From: Octopus sinensis | Taxonomy: Eukaryota | NCBI RefSeq assembly: GCF_006345805.1 | Contig: NC_043002.1 | Coordinates: 105,958,001-106,022,000, forward strand | Reading direction: 5' to 3' | DNA: 64,000 bases | Shown here: in pieces, positions 25,319 through 39,738 of the stretch | Layout of the letters: every line of letters starts with the position of its first letter | How positions within the stretch are numbered: the stretch's first letter is position 1 | Position numbers and translations under genes: made by a program | The notes under the pieces: generated by a model | The model's database searches: none | Told to the model about the DNA's origin: nothing | The model's input: only the letters and a program-made list of their open reading frames with translations

Positions 25319-25429
25319 GGGGAGAGAGAGGACTGTAGTGACTCAGAGGTTCTGTTTGAAGTGAAGCTATTTTGACTAATGACTACATAGTTTAACAAAT
25401 AATTGAAATGCATGCTTCAAATTTTTATG

Positions 25430-25626
25430 TAAGGCCCCTAACTTCGGGGGAGGGAGCAAGTTGATTACATAAACTCCAGTGCTAAACTGGTACTTAATTT
25501 ATCGACCTCGAAAGGATGAAAGACAAGGTCGACTGCGGCGGAATTTGTACTCAGAACGTAAGGACAGACGAAATTCCGCTAAGTGTTTTACCCGGCGTGC
25601 TAATGATTCTGGCAGCTCACTGCCTT
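25430..25626 (-). mobile_element. SINE family B
   Basis: Reverse-complement match to the family B head and body, with CpGs intact (GTCGACTGCGGCGGAATTTG). Confidence 0.85.
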
Positions 25627-25673
25627 ACATAATTGAAACATTTCAGTCGTAATACAAAACAGAACGGTATGTA

Positions 25674-26955
25674 CAGGATGGTGCAGAGACGACGGACGTT
25701 TTTGAAAAATTCACAAAATCATTCATTTTAGCTGTAAGCAAATTTTATTGACATCAATGTATTCGAATTGAATTAGCATTTGTCAAAATCAAGTGTAGAA
25801 AACAACATCCATCATGTGGTGTCCGTTTTTATTGATGCATTTCTGAAGGTGTTCTTGGAAGTTGGCCTCCACTCTCTCCAGCATTGCTCTGTCAATTTGG
25901 GCGACCTCCGTGCGAACCGCTTCCTTCAAATCATCCAATGTACAGGGCTTATACTCATATACACGTGTCTTGACGTTTCCCCACAAGAAATAATCACAAG
26001 TGGACAAATCAGGGGACCGAGAGGTCCAAGGAATATCAGCAAACCTGGAAATGAGGCGGTCACCGAAGAGAGGGTGAAGAACATCCATTGATGCTCTGAC
26101 TGTGTGGGCCGTCGCCCCATCCTGCTGAAACCACACACGTCAAATAGGCATGTGTTGTCGTCGTAATTCAGGCACAAAGAAATTGTTTATCATCTTTATG
26201 TAACGCTCAGAGTTCACAGTAACAGCATTTCTATTACTGTCTCAAAAAAAAGTAAGGACCAATGATGGCAGCTTATCCAACAGCACACCAGACAGCCACT
26301 TTTGAGCTGTACAGTGGTCTTTCGTGCAGTTCTCTCGGATTTTCAAGAGCCCAATAACGACAGCAGTTCTATTGATTCACCATGCCATTGAGATGAAAAT
26401 AAGATTCATCACTCATTAACAAAATTTGCTTCCATCTGACGTTCAAAGTTAAACCGCTGTACATAGTCCCATGGTTTCAACTGTTGCCCAACGACCAATT
26501 TGTACGAGTGGGAATGTAGGTTTTCAGGCAAAATATGCCTTGCCGATCGATTACCGATGCCAAGTTCAGTGGAATGCCTGCGAGCAGAGCGATTTGGATT
26601 CTGTATCAAAGCTTGTCTGACGCGTTCCACATTTTCCTTGGTCCGTACCGTTCGTGGCGCTCCTATTCATTAGTGTACCTCGTGTATGAAGTGCATTCAC
26701 CAACGTAAGATTGTGTTACGGATGGGAACAGCTTAAGTTCAGTAAATGTTGAAGTGGCACCGAAACTCACGCTGAACTGCTGTGACAGGCTCGTTATTCT
26801 TCACGTAACTGTTGTAGGCAAACAGGCAATGCCCTATCGTCTACAGTGTCATGGCTTCACCTGAAAAGAAAAGTTCTAAGACACTACGGACCGAATGATA
26901 CCTGGGGCTGAGTAATAACCATTTCAAAAATGTCCGTCCTCTCTGACCCACCCTG
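25674..26955 (-). mobile_element. Degenerate Tc1/mariner transposon with DD41D spacing (rosa/Visitor type)
   Basis: TA-flanked TIRs CAGGATGGTGCAGAGACGACGGACGTTTTTGAAA and TTTCAAAAATGTCCGTCCTCTCTGACCCACCCTG. Transposase motifs MSDESYFHLNG and WFQQDGATAHT...RSPDLSTCDYFLWG, with 41 residues between the second and third Asp. Confidence 0.9.
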
Positions 26956-29155
26956 TACAATGAATAATCTTTACTTCTTTCATCACTCAACAGTACAATT
27001 TCTATATGTGCACACGCACACACACAATCGTTGTAAAGGTAGTTTAAGTTCGCTTCTCATTCGCAAGTTTTAAGGCTCGGTTTTATAACATAGCATCTGG
27101 AGTAGAGGATCTTTTTCGGTAACCTCAGGTCAATGCATGTGTGTAAAAACCCACTGGATGTATATTTTTCTATAGTTCAAATGTCCAGCCTTGTCTCTCC
27201 GATTTCATCGTACACGTATCTGTGATATATTCAGTCACTTACAGAGTGATTCAACGGGCATTAAGCCCGTTGAATCAGCCTGTGATTGAATTGATAGAAC
27301 GACGGAAAACCCGTCGTCGAAAATTCTGAGCGAGATCCTTTTATTTATTTCAAAGTGATTGTTGAAGTAAGTACTTCATATTGTTGACGTTGATTTAGCA
27401 ATCCTGTCTTATTGACATGTGAAATTTGAAGGATATTTGACGGTTAGTTCTGGAAAACTGGCTGTCAAGTTCAGGTTGCCCATAGAATTGGTTCTAACTT
27501 CTTCTTTAGTGGGCGGATTCGCGTCAATTTTAGAAATCTTTATTTTAGAAAATGAGACAAAATACTTTGGTTTTATTTACGTCCTGCGTTCAAATTATTC
27601 CAAGGTCTAACGTCGGTTTTCATTCATCCGAAGGTGTAGCTGGGTGTCGGTAAAATCGACTGTTCTTTCCATATAAAATATGTGGCTTTTATTCCTCTGA
27701 AGGAGCGTTGAGCGGGGCTGTGGATAAAATCGCTGTTCCTTCAATCTAAAATGTGTGACCTTGTGTGTCAGTAATAGTATTACTATCAGTGTCTCTTCCA
27801 CAAACATTAGGATTCTGATTAATTTGTGCCTCATCCCAATTTACAATGTTGGTGAATCGACATCGGTTTATTTATAATAAATAATTTCTATACTGAAGTC
27901 TGAGCAGGGGAAACAGAGATAGGTAGATAATGTGTATGTGCGCTTCGCTGTACAAACGAGAAACACGTGGTAGAGTTTATATTTCCAAGGCGGTGATTCC
28001 ACTCCGTAGCTTTTTAGTGTTTTCTCTGTCACACATATGTAGGTTTCAACTATTATTGGCCCAGGTCATAGAAAATAAAGTTATTGGTGACCGAAATGTA
28101 TCCGGGTATAGGTGATTTGTCTCGCATTTCTCGAGGAAATCTGAGTAGCATTTAAATTATACGGCAACTTCTTGGGCTTCGTTCGAAACAATGTCGAATA
28201 AAGCAGAAGAACAATTGAGATAGAAACTAGTTGTGTCCCATTGTTATTATGTGATTATATATTTATATATGTATGTTTCATACGAATGAATATTTCACAC
28301 CGACATAGGGATGGAATTAAAATATTTTCTCAGCAAAATTTATGTATATTTGTGCGCGCGGGTATATATATATATAACATGAACAGGTGTGTTGCTTGAA
28401 GTAATTACCTAGTCATGAAATTGCCTTAATATCCTAGTAACATATACATCAATATTAAACTACAAAAGAAATGTAGTTCACATTATAAACTTCCCTTGTA
28501 TATAGCAATGAAATAAATAGATTCTCTAAATAATATATACGCGCAGGTAAATAGTTGTGTTTATTATCACGTTCAAGGTAATAAATACAAAGTAGAAGAG
28601 CACTTTGTTTTGTACCTTTGGGGAAGATTTTTTGTCTCAGTTTTCCGTTACATAAGAAGTTGCATATCCTGTCCATCGATAGTCTTCAGACAGGTTGAAT
28701 TACCTGGACGATATACCTTTGTTTGGATATCATATTCCCTTATCTAAGACTTTTTCTTTTAATTCTATAATATCTTAACAAATTTATTTAATTTTTGGAG
28801 CTGCGTACGGTATTATTACAAAATTTTAGTGAAAGGAATTGGTTATTTGAAGCAAAGCTGTAAAAACCAAAACTTTTTCATAAAGCTAACTGAATATTTC
28901 CACCTATTATAAAATATACATAACGTATATGTTATCCTTGGAGAGAAAAAAAATGTTAGGAATCGAACCCTGAAAAGTTTGATGCGCACTGGATATAATA
29001 AGAACAAAGAAAATGAGATATAAGTTCGACTTCTTCCAAATGCAGATTATAATTTTTTCCCCATTTTTTAGTAAATTTGTTAGCATATGTGTATGCGTAT
29101 ATATTGGCATACATATTTGATATTTATGTATATATTTTTCGTTTCCATTCTACAG

Positions 29156-29197
29156 GTCGACCCTAAAGTAGCATTTCCTAGGAAAGCACAACCAAAG
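29156..29197 (+). CDS. msi: Musashi-family RNA-binding protein, 42-nt exon (end of RRM1 and linker)
   Basis: Acceptor tttttcgtttccattctacAG and donor GTaaag. Encodes VDPKVAFPRKAQPK in phase 0, continuing the previous exon (human MSI1 IDPKVAFPRRAQPK). Confidence 0.95.
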
Positions 29198-32100
29198 GTA
29201 AAGGATATTTATTTTTTTTTTGCTCTAAACTTTGATATGTTTTATATGTTCTGCTATTTTTCTCAAACCTACTTGTTGTTTTATAGTTTGAAACTCATTG
29301 CCAGCATTTTGTGAAATATATACATGCATATTTTTTTTAAATTCCATTATTATTTATGTAATGTGTCCTTGCATAGTCAAGGCCAGATAAAAAATAAAAC
29401 AAAATATTATTTTAAATCTATAAAAATGTGCATATTATTATAAAACGAATAATTATTTATATATGCATACTTGCGTGTATATTCTGACATGAATACTTTA
29501 TTGATGGTATAAAAAGAAAAGTATTTATTTATTTAATAAGTATTCTTCTGAGAATGGAAAATAAAAACATTGTACCAAAAACAAAAAGAACTGTGATGAG
29601 TAATGATATATTTTGTAAATGTTTTTACTAACACACACACAAATATACACACACTCTGAAAAAAAAGACAAAGCATGTCTTGTGGATATGTTGTCTATAG
29701 AAAAGTTATGACTTCAAAACTTACCTGGGATTAAACCTCATCTGGATATTGCTCTGACAGTGCTAAGCTAAAAACTACTTGGAATTCAAACAAATTTGGA
29801 TATTTGTGTTGATAGGAGAAACGTGTATTCAAAACCTGCCTGGAATTCAAACAAATGCGGATATTGTGGTGGTGAATGCACATGTTACCAAGGACTTTAA
29901 CCAGAAAGTTTTTCCACTTAACATGATTTCATAATGACAATATTTTGTCTGCGAGGAACATTTTATCTTTTGTTTATTCCTTCCCCTGCCAAATATAATT
30001 ATTTGGAAATTTTTTAAAATTGACTTTTATAAAAATGAAAAAAATATAACACAATTCCAAAAAAAAAAGAAAAGAAAATTTGAAGTAAAAAGATAAAAAA
30101 CAGTATAAAACAGAAAAAAAGTAAAACTGAATTGTGAAAGTTTTTGAAAAAAAAAACCATTTTATTTACAATTTATATGTTGAAATCGCGTACTGTCTCT
30201 GTTTACAAACCTACAATTTGACTCTCGGAGCTATAAACTGTGCACATAAACATATTAACAAAAATACTCTGTATTTAGTTCCGCCAGTATTTTGTCCCTT
30301 TTACCTTTCGTTCTGAAGCAGTGCGATTAAATAATTATCAAAGTTCTAGATCGATATAAATGACTGAAATCAATAAAAACTATACACATACACACACACA
30401 AACTCTCTCTCTCTGTTGCGACTCCGAGTTATGCATTTTAGACACAAAAACATCCATACAATATTGAAATAAAATGGAACAGCAAACTTTGGATCAATTT
30501 AATTTTTTCTCTCTCCCGGATATTTCTTTAACAAAACGATACAAAGAATAACAGCAACAACATCGGTGATGATGATTGTGCTGATAGAAAAAAAAAATCT
30601 AAGAAATATGACAAACCAATTTTAGCTTTTTTCTTTTTTTTTTTAACTATAACAAGAAATTCCAGCAAGAAGGATTCGTGTTTGTTTGTTTGTTTTTAAT
30701 GTGTGTAAATCTGCAGAGTTCATTTCAAATCGTAATATTTGTGTCAAACAACGGATATTCACTATGAAAACCAAGGAAAAATCTACGAAAAGTTAAGCAA
30801 GAACAACAAAATATTTTCTTTGTGTATTTGTTTATTCATTTTTGCTAAGGAGAATAATAATGGAAATAAAAACCAATCAAATTAATTCTCGAAGATTAAA
30901 AAAGAAACTGCAAATGCTCAAAAGAAACAGGAAGCCAAAAGAATTTTGTAAAACTGGAAATATGACAGAATACATAGTGAAAAAAAAAATAACATCGAAT
31001 GTTTCTGTTATTAAGTCATTTCTTTTACCTTGCCACAAGGGTGATGAACAGGGGGACACTGAAGAAATCAAATTTAAAAAAGAAAAAGATAATAACAATA
31101 CTAATAATGAACACTGTCAAGCAGTGTTGGATGTAATACTTCACTAAATTTGAGTTGATTTGTGGTTTTAAAAAATTTCAGTTTTACTTAAGCCGATAAA
31201 ATAAACTGATATAAGGGCCAATTCGATAACTACCTACCCGCATTATAATTACATCAACCCTGTTGATGTTGTTCTTTAAACTCAGATGTCCTGTCTCTTA
31301 CTCAGAAATGGTGCATTTTTAAGACTACTGTATCTTTCCATTTTAAAGATGTGCGCGCGCGCGATATGGTGGATATTTGGCTACTATTGATAACAGGATG
31401 AATGATGCCACTTCCACACCGTATCCGTTCCCTCATCAATATGTATATCATTATATTAGACGGGTATTTTCATATACAGTAATGTGGTACAGCGGTGGGC
31501 GTAGTGTTGGTGGGTATATTGCTATATAGAAAGAGGTATGGTAGAGTAAATATGTTGCTGTGATAACTCTTGTCAATATCTGAGTTGCTACCTTCCATAC
31601 CTTTGTATAAGTACCAGTTATATCCCGAGTTCGATTCAGTCGTCGATTTATCCCCAAAACTTTTTCCTCCCATGTATATTTCTTGCGTTGTTGTTGTTGT
31701 TAGGGCGGTTGTGGGGTAGTAGTTACAACCTTTGACCTTCTGAATAAATGTCGACGATCGACTTCGTATGACATCTTTGTTCTAGCCATGACCAGCCATT
31801 TTTTTCATCCAGTGTCCTTAAGACAGAAGGGTGTAATTGGAGGGAGAAGTACCTGCTATTTTTAGTAGGGAGAACGACTGAGTTGACATATTGTTATTGG
31901 TGTTTAGTTTCATATCAGCCTTGCCCCTCCCGACTTTTTAAGAATATTTAACACTATATTATCTTATACTTTTCCTGTTTTAAGACAACAGTATGTGATT
32001 TAGCTGCTATTTCTAACCGGTTGATTTATCACGTCGAGCAAACGAAGGAGCTCGATGTACCAGTAATCTACTGATAGTGAATCGATCAACTTATTCCTTT

Positions 32101-33599
32101 CTAACAAATTCTGTGGCTTTGTGCCAAAGCTAGAAATTATCGTTGTTGTTGCTATTATTCTGATGCCAGATGCGGAAGAATCCAGCTGAGAAGACAGGAA
32201 ACTAGCGGGAGAGGAGAGAAGAGGGGTATAGACCAAGAATGTTGCTCTCTCGTACTCTGCCTATCTTTCTTTCTCTCTCTGCCCTTCTCTCCCTTTCCTT
32301 TCCCCCATTCCATGAATGAATCCTCTCCTCCCACTCTGTTACCCGTCACAACTAAGTCAAACTGCTACACTTAAGTAAACGCATACAAATGGACGAGTCT
32401 ATTTGTTTTCTCTCTAATGGGTGAGTTTATTTACACAAAGGAATCGCTGAAAATCGGCTCTTTATGTCGCTGTCGTTATTTAACCCCAGCACAAGCACTG
32501 ATTGAGCAGAACTGTGATCAGAGGCGTTCCAACCGTAACTATCCGTCTTTTCGTAGATCTATCTAACTAAACGTCCAACGTGCTTCTCTCATCTTTAAGA
32601 TAGTAAGGATCGTGATTCGATAGAATATGCCTGCTATTTCTAGCAGGTTTCTTTGTTAACTCATTTGTATTTTGTGTTCCAGATGGTCTCGTTTATATGG
32701 GGATGGAGTTGATTGGCAGAATGGGTAGAAAATCGAGGAAATTAACTTGAAGCAGCAGTACTTAGTTACGTTTCTAAATGTTCTGAGTTTAAATCCTGAC
32801 GGAATCAACTTTCAGTTTTTATCCTTCCGGGGTCACTAAAATAAGTAACCAACCAGTCAACGAAGGAGGCCTTTTTTTGCTCACCAATTGTGGGGAAATT
32901 CCTCGCCTACAGCTGACAAAATCTTCGAAAACAACAAAATCCCATATGAGAAACAATTGTCATAATCCTTCGGATCAAAACAGTAAAGTTAAATATATCG
33001 ATGTGGATTCATAAAATTAAAATACTATTCTCTGTCCAGATGTGACCGCACTTGCAGTTCGCCTCTCTTGGAACACTACTGAAAAGGTTTCGCATCCCGG
33101 CGTTATGCGATCACTCGATATGCTAAAAACAGCACTGAATTTCTCATTCAAATCACATCCTACTGTTTTAAAAGAAGGAAAATGAGTTAGATTATTGGTG
33201 TTTACATAATTCCATATAAAGGTGGGGTGGACACATCTGGAGTACATTTAATCGTACATGGATCCTGCTGGATCAGAGGTGACCTAAGGATAAACAACAA
33301 CAGAGTAAGACGTAGCTAAGTTTGGCTGAATTTATAATGCCCTATGAGAGCGACATCCTACTTTTGTCACTATAGCAATGCAAGTAACACGAACCAATGA
33401 GGGAGGCTCCCTAGCCCGTCACTATATCTACCAAAAATAGAAGTTAAATCTTCAAGTCTCACCGCTAGTGATTGGTTTACATGCAGCAGTCTTTAGGATT
33501 AGTGAGGTTATCGCTACAGTTGTTATTCATGCCTTTGCTTTATTCTATCCATTCAGAAAATTGTAGAAAATTGGACTTGGTTGTGAACTTTTATCCTTT

Positions 33600-33930
33600 A
33601 TGTATTCCATTCACTGTACTGCAGCCATGCTGGAGCACCGCCTTCGAGATTTAGTCGAACAAATCGCTTCCAGTACTTATTCTCTCTTTTGCCGAACCGC
33701 TGTTACGGTAACGTAAACAAACCAACACCATGTGTCAAGTGGTAGTATGATATACACACACTCACACATATACACACACGATAGGCTTATTTCAGCTACT
33801 GTCAACCAAATCTTCTCACAAGGCTTTGGTCGTCTTCGGGATATAGAAGACACTTGCCCAAGATACCATGCAGTGGGACTGAACCCTAAACCACATGGTT
33901 CAGAAGCAAACTTCTTGCCACACCTGCGCC
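33600..33930 (-). mobile_element. SINE family A
   Basis: GCAGCCATGCTGGAGCACCGCC tail and AGAAGACACTTGCCCAAG body in reverse orientation. Confidence 0.82.
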
Positions 33931-35149
33931 TTCACACTAACACGTGTGTGTGTGTTTTGAGATAATTCTGCATGTCAAGTAGTTGTGGTATTCATTCCGA
34001 GTTCAAACCCTGCTGAGGTCAACTTAAATTTCTTTTTTTAAGGGAGGGTCGATAAATAAGTATATTATTGATTCTATTCTCTATTCATTTTGTCCTCCCT
34101 CCTTTCTCTCCCCACCTCTCCGTAAGAAATAATCTGTATTCAGATCTGGAATGGAATAGACTCCACCAGATTTAAAATAAAGGATATACCGTCTATTATG
34201 GCGGCAGCCTTAAAGATTCGCCTGTCTGCACTGTAGATAGCAACTGTAACAAGCTGTATCCGTTGCCTGTCCAAAGTAGTCTTTCATCTTTAGTATTTCG
34301 TCTGTATAAGTTTTATAGTTTTTGCTAGTAAATATAACTATTGTAATTTGATGTTACTTAGCATTTCAGTCATGATCATCCATTTTTTTTCAAGCATAAT
34401 GTGGGATTGTACAGTATGTAATTTTTCTTTTCTGGGTGGTAAGATGTAACATGAGGAACTCACGTAGGTTCTCACCACACACATATTCTTGGTGCGTTGA
34501 CATCGTTTCATGTCAACAAAATCGGATTTTTGGTAGCCTAGCATACTTCACATTAGATATAATGGGTTCTTTGCACACAACAGTGCCGTTTCTTTCTATT
34601 GTTCGAATGCCAGTTCTATGGTTATTCTAGAAAGTTTCTTCGCTATCTGTGCGTGATGTGACTGTTTTAGAGATGTAGCTCCTATTGTATGTGTATGGTA
34701 TTGTTGCAGATAACATAATGATGATGTTTGGTGCAGCTTGTAGGTGGTGTTGCGCTGACCCTAGTAAATTTTCAAAGCAAAACTTCGAGTGATCAAAATG
34801 CGAGACTTGGTGTCTGCTCCCAGTTTTGAAACGAAGTGATTTCACTCTATAACCTCTCTAATGTTCGGATAAGCATTATTCACATATAATCTGTTTCGTC
34901 TCAGTCTTTTGCCCTATAAAAACTTTTATTGGATGAAAAAGTGGGATCATGGAATCGGTTGGCACAGAGTGACAGCCCATTTTTGGCGAGACATACACCT
35001 GCGCGGCGTAGGGTGCGCAGGGGATTGTGAACAAGCTTTATCAGTCCATATATAAATGAAAGACGACTTAATGTAATGTTTCAAAGCAAGCGCCAAATTT
35101 TAACTTTTGCGTCGCTCCTTCAGACGTATCAACATCAATGTGATAGATT

Positions 35150-35560
35150 ACAATCTGATAAAGAGAGTGCATGTGGTTTTAGGAGGTCTCTGGTGAGGGA
35201 CCCGTCACCCGTGGCCAAGAAAAAGAAATTTTCAACGGTCAGATGTCGTCAAGACACTTCCTCTGGCAGGTCCAGATCACCACCAAAAGAACAGTGGGTT
35301 GATAAGAGTTATCACTGTGCAGCTCAAGTTAGCAGGTCCCATTCTCGGACATGCGTGCACGATGACATTATGTAGAAGTGGTGACATCAGTTTCGCAAGA
35401 CCCAAGAGAACCATGTGATGGTATAACACCCAACATCATATGGCCTCTTAACTCTCTTGATTTGAATAATCTGGCCTGCTTCATCAATGGTGTCGCCAGC
35501 AGTTGACCGACCGGCAGCTCCACGGTGTCAAGGACTCGTGGGAGCTGCTGTTGTGAGCGT
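35150..35560 (+). mobile_element. Highly decayed mariner/maT-like transposase relic
   Basis: Translates to CDGITPNI..WPLNSLDLN, resembling the WPPNSPDLNPLD motif; frameshifted, no TIRs identified. Confidence 0.35.
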
Positions 35561-38500
35561 GATAGATAAACAAGTTGGGGAGTGGGGGCTATCTAATCCT
35601 AGCTTGCAGTCACTTTTGTGTCTACATTGGGGCTGAAGACGATTTTATAAAATGTTTCTTTGCTATATCTAGCCAATCGTGTTTGTCAGCAGGTGTTTTT
35701 TTTTTTTCTGTATGATGTCTTGCTTTGTTCAAAAATACCCAGTGTGTGTGCGTGGGGAAGGGGTGTCACCAATTAACAGTAAGGTAAATAAATGTGTGTA
35801 GTTTCTTTACATGAGTACATTCAAACTTCAGCCTTTCTGTTTATTATTCACAGACATTGGTCATTGACTCGAATAATTCTCGGTGAACAAATGCCTTGAT
35901 AATCCCCTGCGACCATCTGGATGGGTACACCTCACATTTGATGCGTTTCTTAAGAAAATATTCCTGAAATTTTATTTGCAATGTTGCATAAACGTGGTTA
36001 CATAAACAGTTTATCTTCAGACAAACTATCATTACATCTATACTCATCAATAATCCCTGGTGCTTATAAGTCAATGGTATCAAGTGGTTAGTCAGTTTGA
36101 CTAGATTTAAAGTCCAAAATGGTTATGGGAGCTTCTACGTGATCACTTGACCAATTAGAAATGGCAACCACATCACACTGTATTCTCTCTCTCTCATAAA
36201 TAGATAGGTAGATATGATTGGACAAAATAACGCTTCATGGAGGTTGCAACCATCTCACAATACAAAATGGTCACAACTGGAGCCCCCTTTTTTTATAGTT
36301 CTGCTAGGTTATTGCTGTTCTAGCGCTGAACAAAATAACTCAAAAACTAGTTTTTAAAATAAATTACCAGAGATGCCATATTTTGATCTAGAAAGCCACA
36401 TTGCCAATTTTCATGTTTGTTTGTATATGAGAGAAAGAGTGAGAAAACGCGAGCTCACTCTCAGTTGAATTAATTGCGGTTTCTAGGCATTATCATTACA
36501 AGGAAGTAACCACTAATACATGCTAGAACAACTTATGAGTCAAGGTCGGAGAAAGTCTCTGAGCCGTCACCCAATCTGCTAGAAATCGTAGCAACTTAAA
36601 TTTCATCTGAAACCACACCCTGTTTGAGTAGATACACTTTCCGTCACAATTAAACAATGCAGCAAGATATATGAAACATGATAGTCATGACGACTGAAAA
36701 TGTTGTCTTTGATCAGGTTCTGCTCAATCGGGTTTGACCGGGAGCTAAAAATTAAAATCTTATGCATTAACATCATTACCACTATCATCATTGTCGTTAT
36801 TTTGCTTTGTTTATTCGCTGCCTTGCATTAATTTGGATGGGCAACTTGATCCAAAGAAAGAGAGAAATCTGGTTTATTTAAAACGTAAATTTTGTCCTTT
36901 ATCCCACTTTTGCGTTGTTGCGACTGAGGTGTTGCCCCTATCCTCGGATCACTCTGTCAGACATTGAAGACAATCACCTTCGTGTCTATGAAGTGACGCC
37001 TGTACTCGACTTAAGATAGCCCTTGCTTCACTATACCTCTCAGTAACTTGAAGTAGTGTTTAAATTATTGGTCGGAGGGATGCAAATTACCCTTGGACTT
37101 CATTGTTGTAGACCACAAAGCAATGCACTGGAGTCCCTACATACGCAATCTTAATTAACATTGGGCCTCCGAGTAACAGCCCAGTGTGCACATGTCTTAA
37201 GACGGCTCTGCCTTTGGCCGGTAGCTGGAAAGTCATTTCATCTCACTCCATATAACTTTAGAATGATTATTTATCACATTTTATCTCAGTAGTGGAGCAA
37301 AACTATATGAAGCTAAACTGGCTAATTTTACGAGTGGGGGGACAATCTGAAATGAAGTGACGGTAGCTTGATATGTGTAAAATTTAGATTTCGTGCAGAA
37401 ATCGAGGACACATACAGCAAAAGATTCTATTCTATCTGATACTCTAGCGACTCTGCTTTAGTTATGACGTAATAATTGTTTCTAACAGACACAGAGCCAA
37501 AAATCGAGGGGTGGAGTAGTTGATACCACCAGTCTCAGCACATCACTGGTACTATATGTTAACGACTCTGAAAGGATGTAGAACAAAGTTGACCTCAGCG
37601 GGATTTGAACTCGAGATATAGCTCGATCAAATACCACACGACGGTGAAGAAAGAGTATCAGTAATAACCACGTTTGCTTACCAGATTTTCACTCACAGTT
37701 TCTGAAGATAAGAAACGAGTACCTCGGACTATCGATTTGTGGGGTTTTAGCTTCCTTAAGAAAACATGTATACAACTGCAATCTTGGTACCAAATTCTGT
37801 CTTTGCTCAACACAACGATGATGATGCAGATGGGTCGGTCGATCGATTCGTTACAAACCTATAACAAACGGCACTATTGTTTACAGAATAACCGAAAAAA
37901 GATAATCTCGTAAAAACCTTTTGAATGCGTGGTCGCAGTTAAATGCCCTAGCATGACTACGGTTAAGAGTCAAGGTCGTAGGTTCTATTATACTCTACAT
38001 ACGAGGAATATCACTTCTCATGACGTACGCCATAACCGTTTTATTAATACAAGGCGCCACTTTACAAGGGCCAAACCTATGAAAGCTAAAACAAACTGAA
38101 TGGAAGTACCAACAATGTTAGATGCTTGTTCGAGTGCTTAATGAGGTCATCAAGTCAACCGAGGTATGGTATATCCGAAGTGCTATGTCTGAGGCTCAGA
38201 CCCAGGCGCCCTACAGGCTTCATATATTAGCCGGATGATGATTGAACTAAAGATATAATAACAGTATCTGAGTGAATTTAGCTGCTACTTCTAGCAGGTC
38301 GAACGGCTATGTAATAGCCCGTTCCTTTGGGTCAGTGTTGTAGTCTATCGTGTGGTGGTATTAGGTGTAGTATAGAAGTTGAGGCATACTGCCATTCTGT
38401 TGGTAGCCAATACGCTCTTCTATAACTGAGGAACCAGGAAAGGGGTTAAAATTTGAATCAGCGACATTTGACTTTCAAACATTGATAGTATGTATATGGG

Positions 38501-39667
38501 ATCGAGAGCATTGTTTTATCACAGTCACGTTACACTGAGCATGTACTTGTAAACCTCCACATTTCGATAACAAGAGCTCCTACAGACGTCATATCAGGCG
38601 CGCCTCGGCCACCTAAGTTCAAATCCTCCTTCTGTTAGTTGCTACTACTAAATCGATATCTTATCTCTCTCTCTCTCTCTCTCTCCCCCCCCCCACACCT
38701 GGCAGAATGCTTCACAGTATATGATGAGAACTTCAGAGTTCAGATCCTGTCTGGCTCTTTTTTTTTTTTTTTTATTCTACTCCCTTCATTAAAGTACCAG
38801 TCTAAAACTTATAATTGTACTTAGGTATACAAATAAACAAAATTAAAATCCGCAAGATGTGATTGGAATGAAATCTGGCTGTAATTTCAAGCATACTGAA
38901 AAACTCATAGACTCCGTATTAGTCGTACTTGATCTAGTTGATTAACCCTACATCAGCTCTGATCTAGTAGCCACATAACTAACAGCACCTCATCCAGGAA
39001 TACCCTATCCATATTTCTCATACATAATGTAGGAATGCAGTCTAATCTTCCATTTTTAAAGCTATTTAAGAGAGATTTGACTGTTATTTCCAGCAGTTTT
39101 ATCACTCACATTGGTTCAGTGCCAGTAATGCCAGTAGTAGCAGTAATGGTAGTGTTGAGTGTCAAGTTGATATTCAACATGTATATTTAATAAGTTCACC
39201 ACCACCACCAGTTCAAGTCATAATGCAGGGCGTTGGAAGAGAAAATAAATCTATATACTCTACTATTGTCTGTTGCCGTTAGGTGGTGGAGTTGGTGGTG
39301 GTCGTCGTCGTGGGGATTAGTTAGGCAGACAACACATATACACACACGCCAATAAATTTCTACTCGTCTACCTGTATAAACTTACATACATAACGTGAAT
39401 ATTTTGATGTGTAAATAGATATTATATTTACGTGTACGTACATATATATGCAGTGAAAGAACCACTGTACTGTAATAAGTATAATTGTGTATTTATATAT
39501 GTATGTATACATATACAAAACGAAGGTTCATTAACAAAAATAGCATATGCAAGCTAGCAGATTACACACACACACTAGTTATACCTGCTGTATGATTTAA
39601 AATGCTATGTCGGAGTATGCTATATTTGTGTGTGTATAGACTTTATATATACACACATGTTTATACT

Positions 39668-39738
<71 letters not shown>

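Noticed and set aside
32664-32712. Acceptor-like ...tgtgttccAG followed by ATG GTC, resembling the start of the next Musashi exon (MVTRTKK)
   Set aside because: It continues S-F-I-W-G-W-S-stop with no similarity to RRM2.
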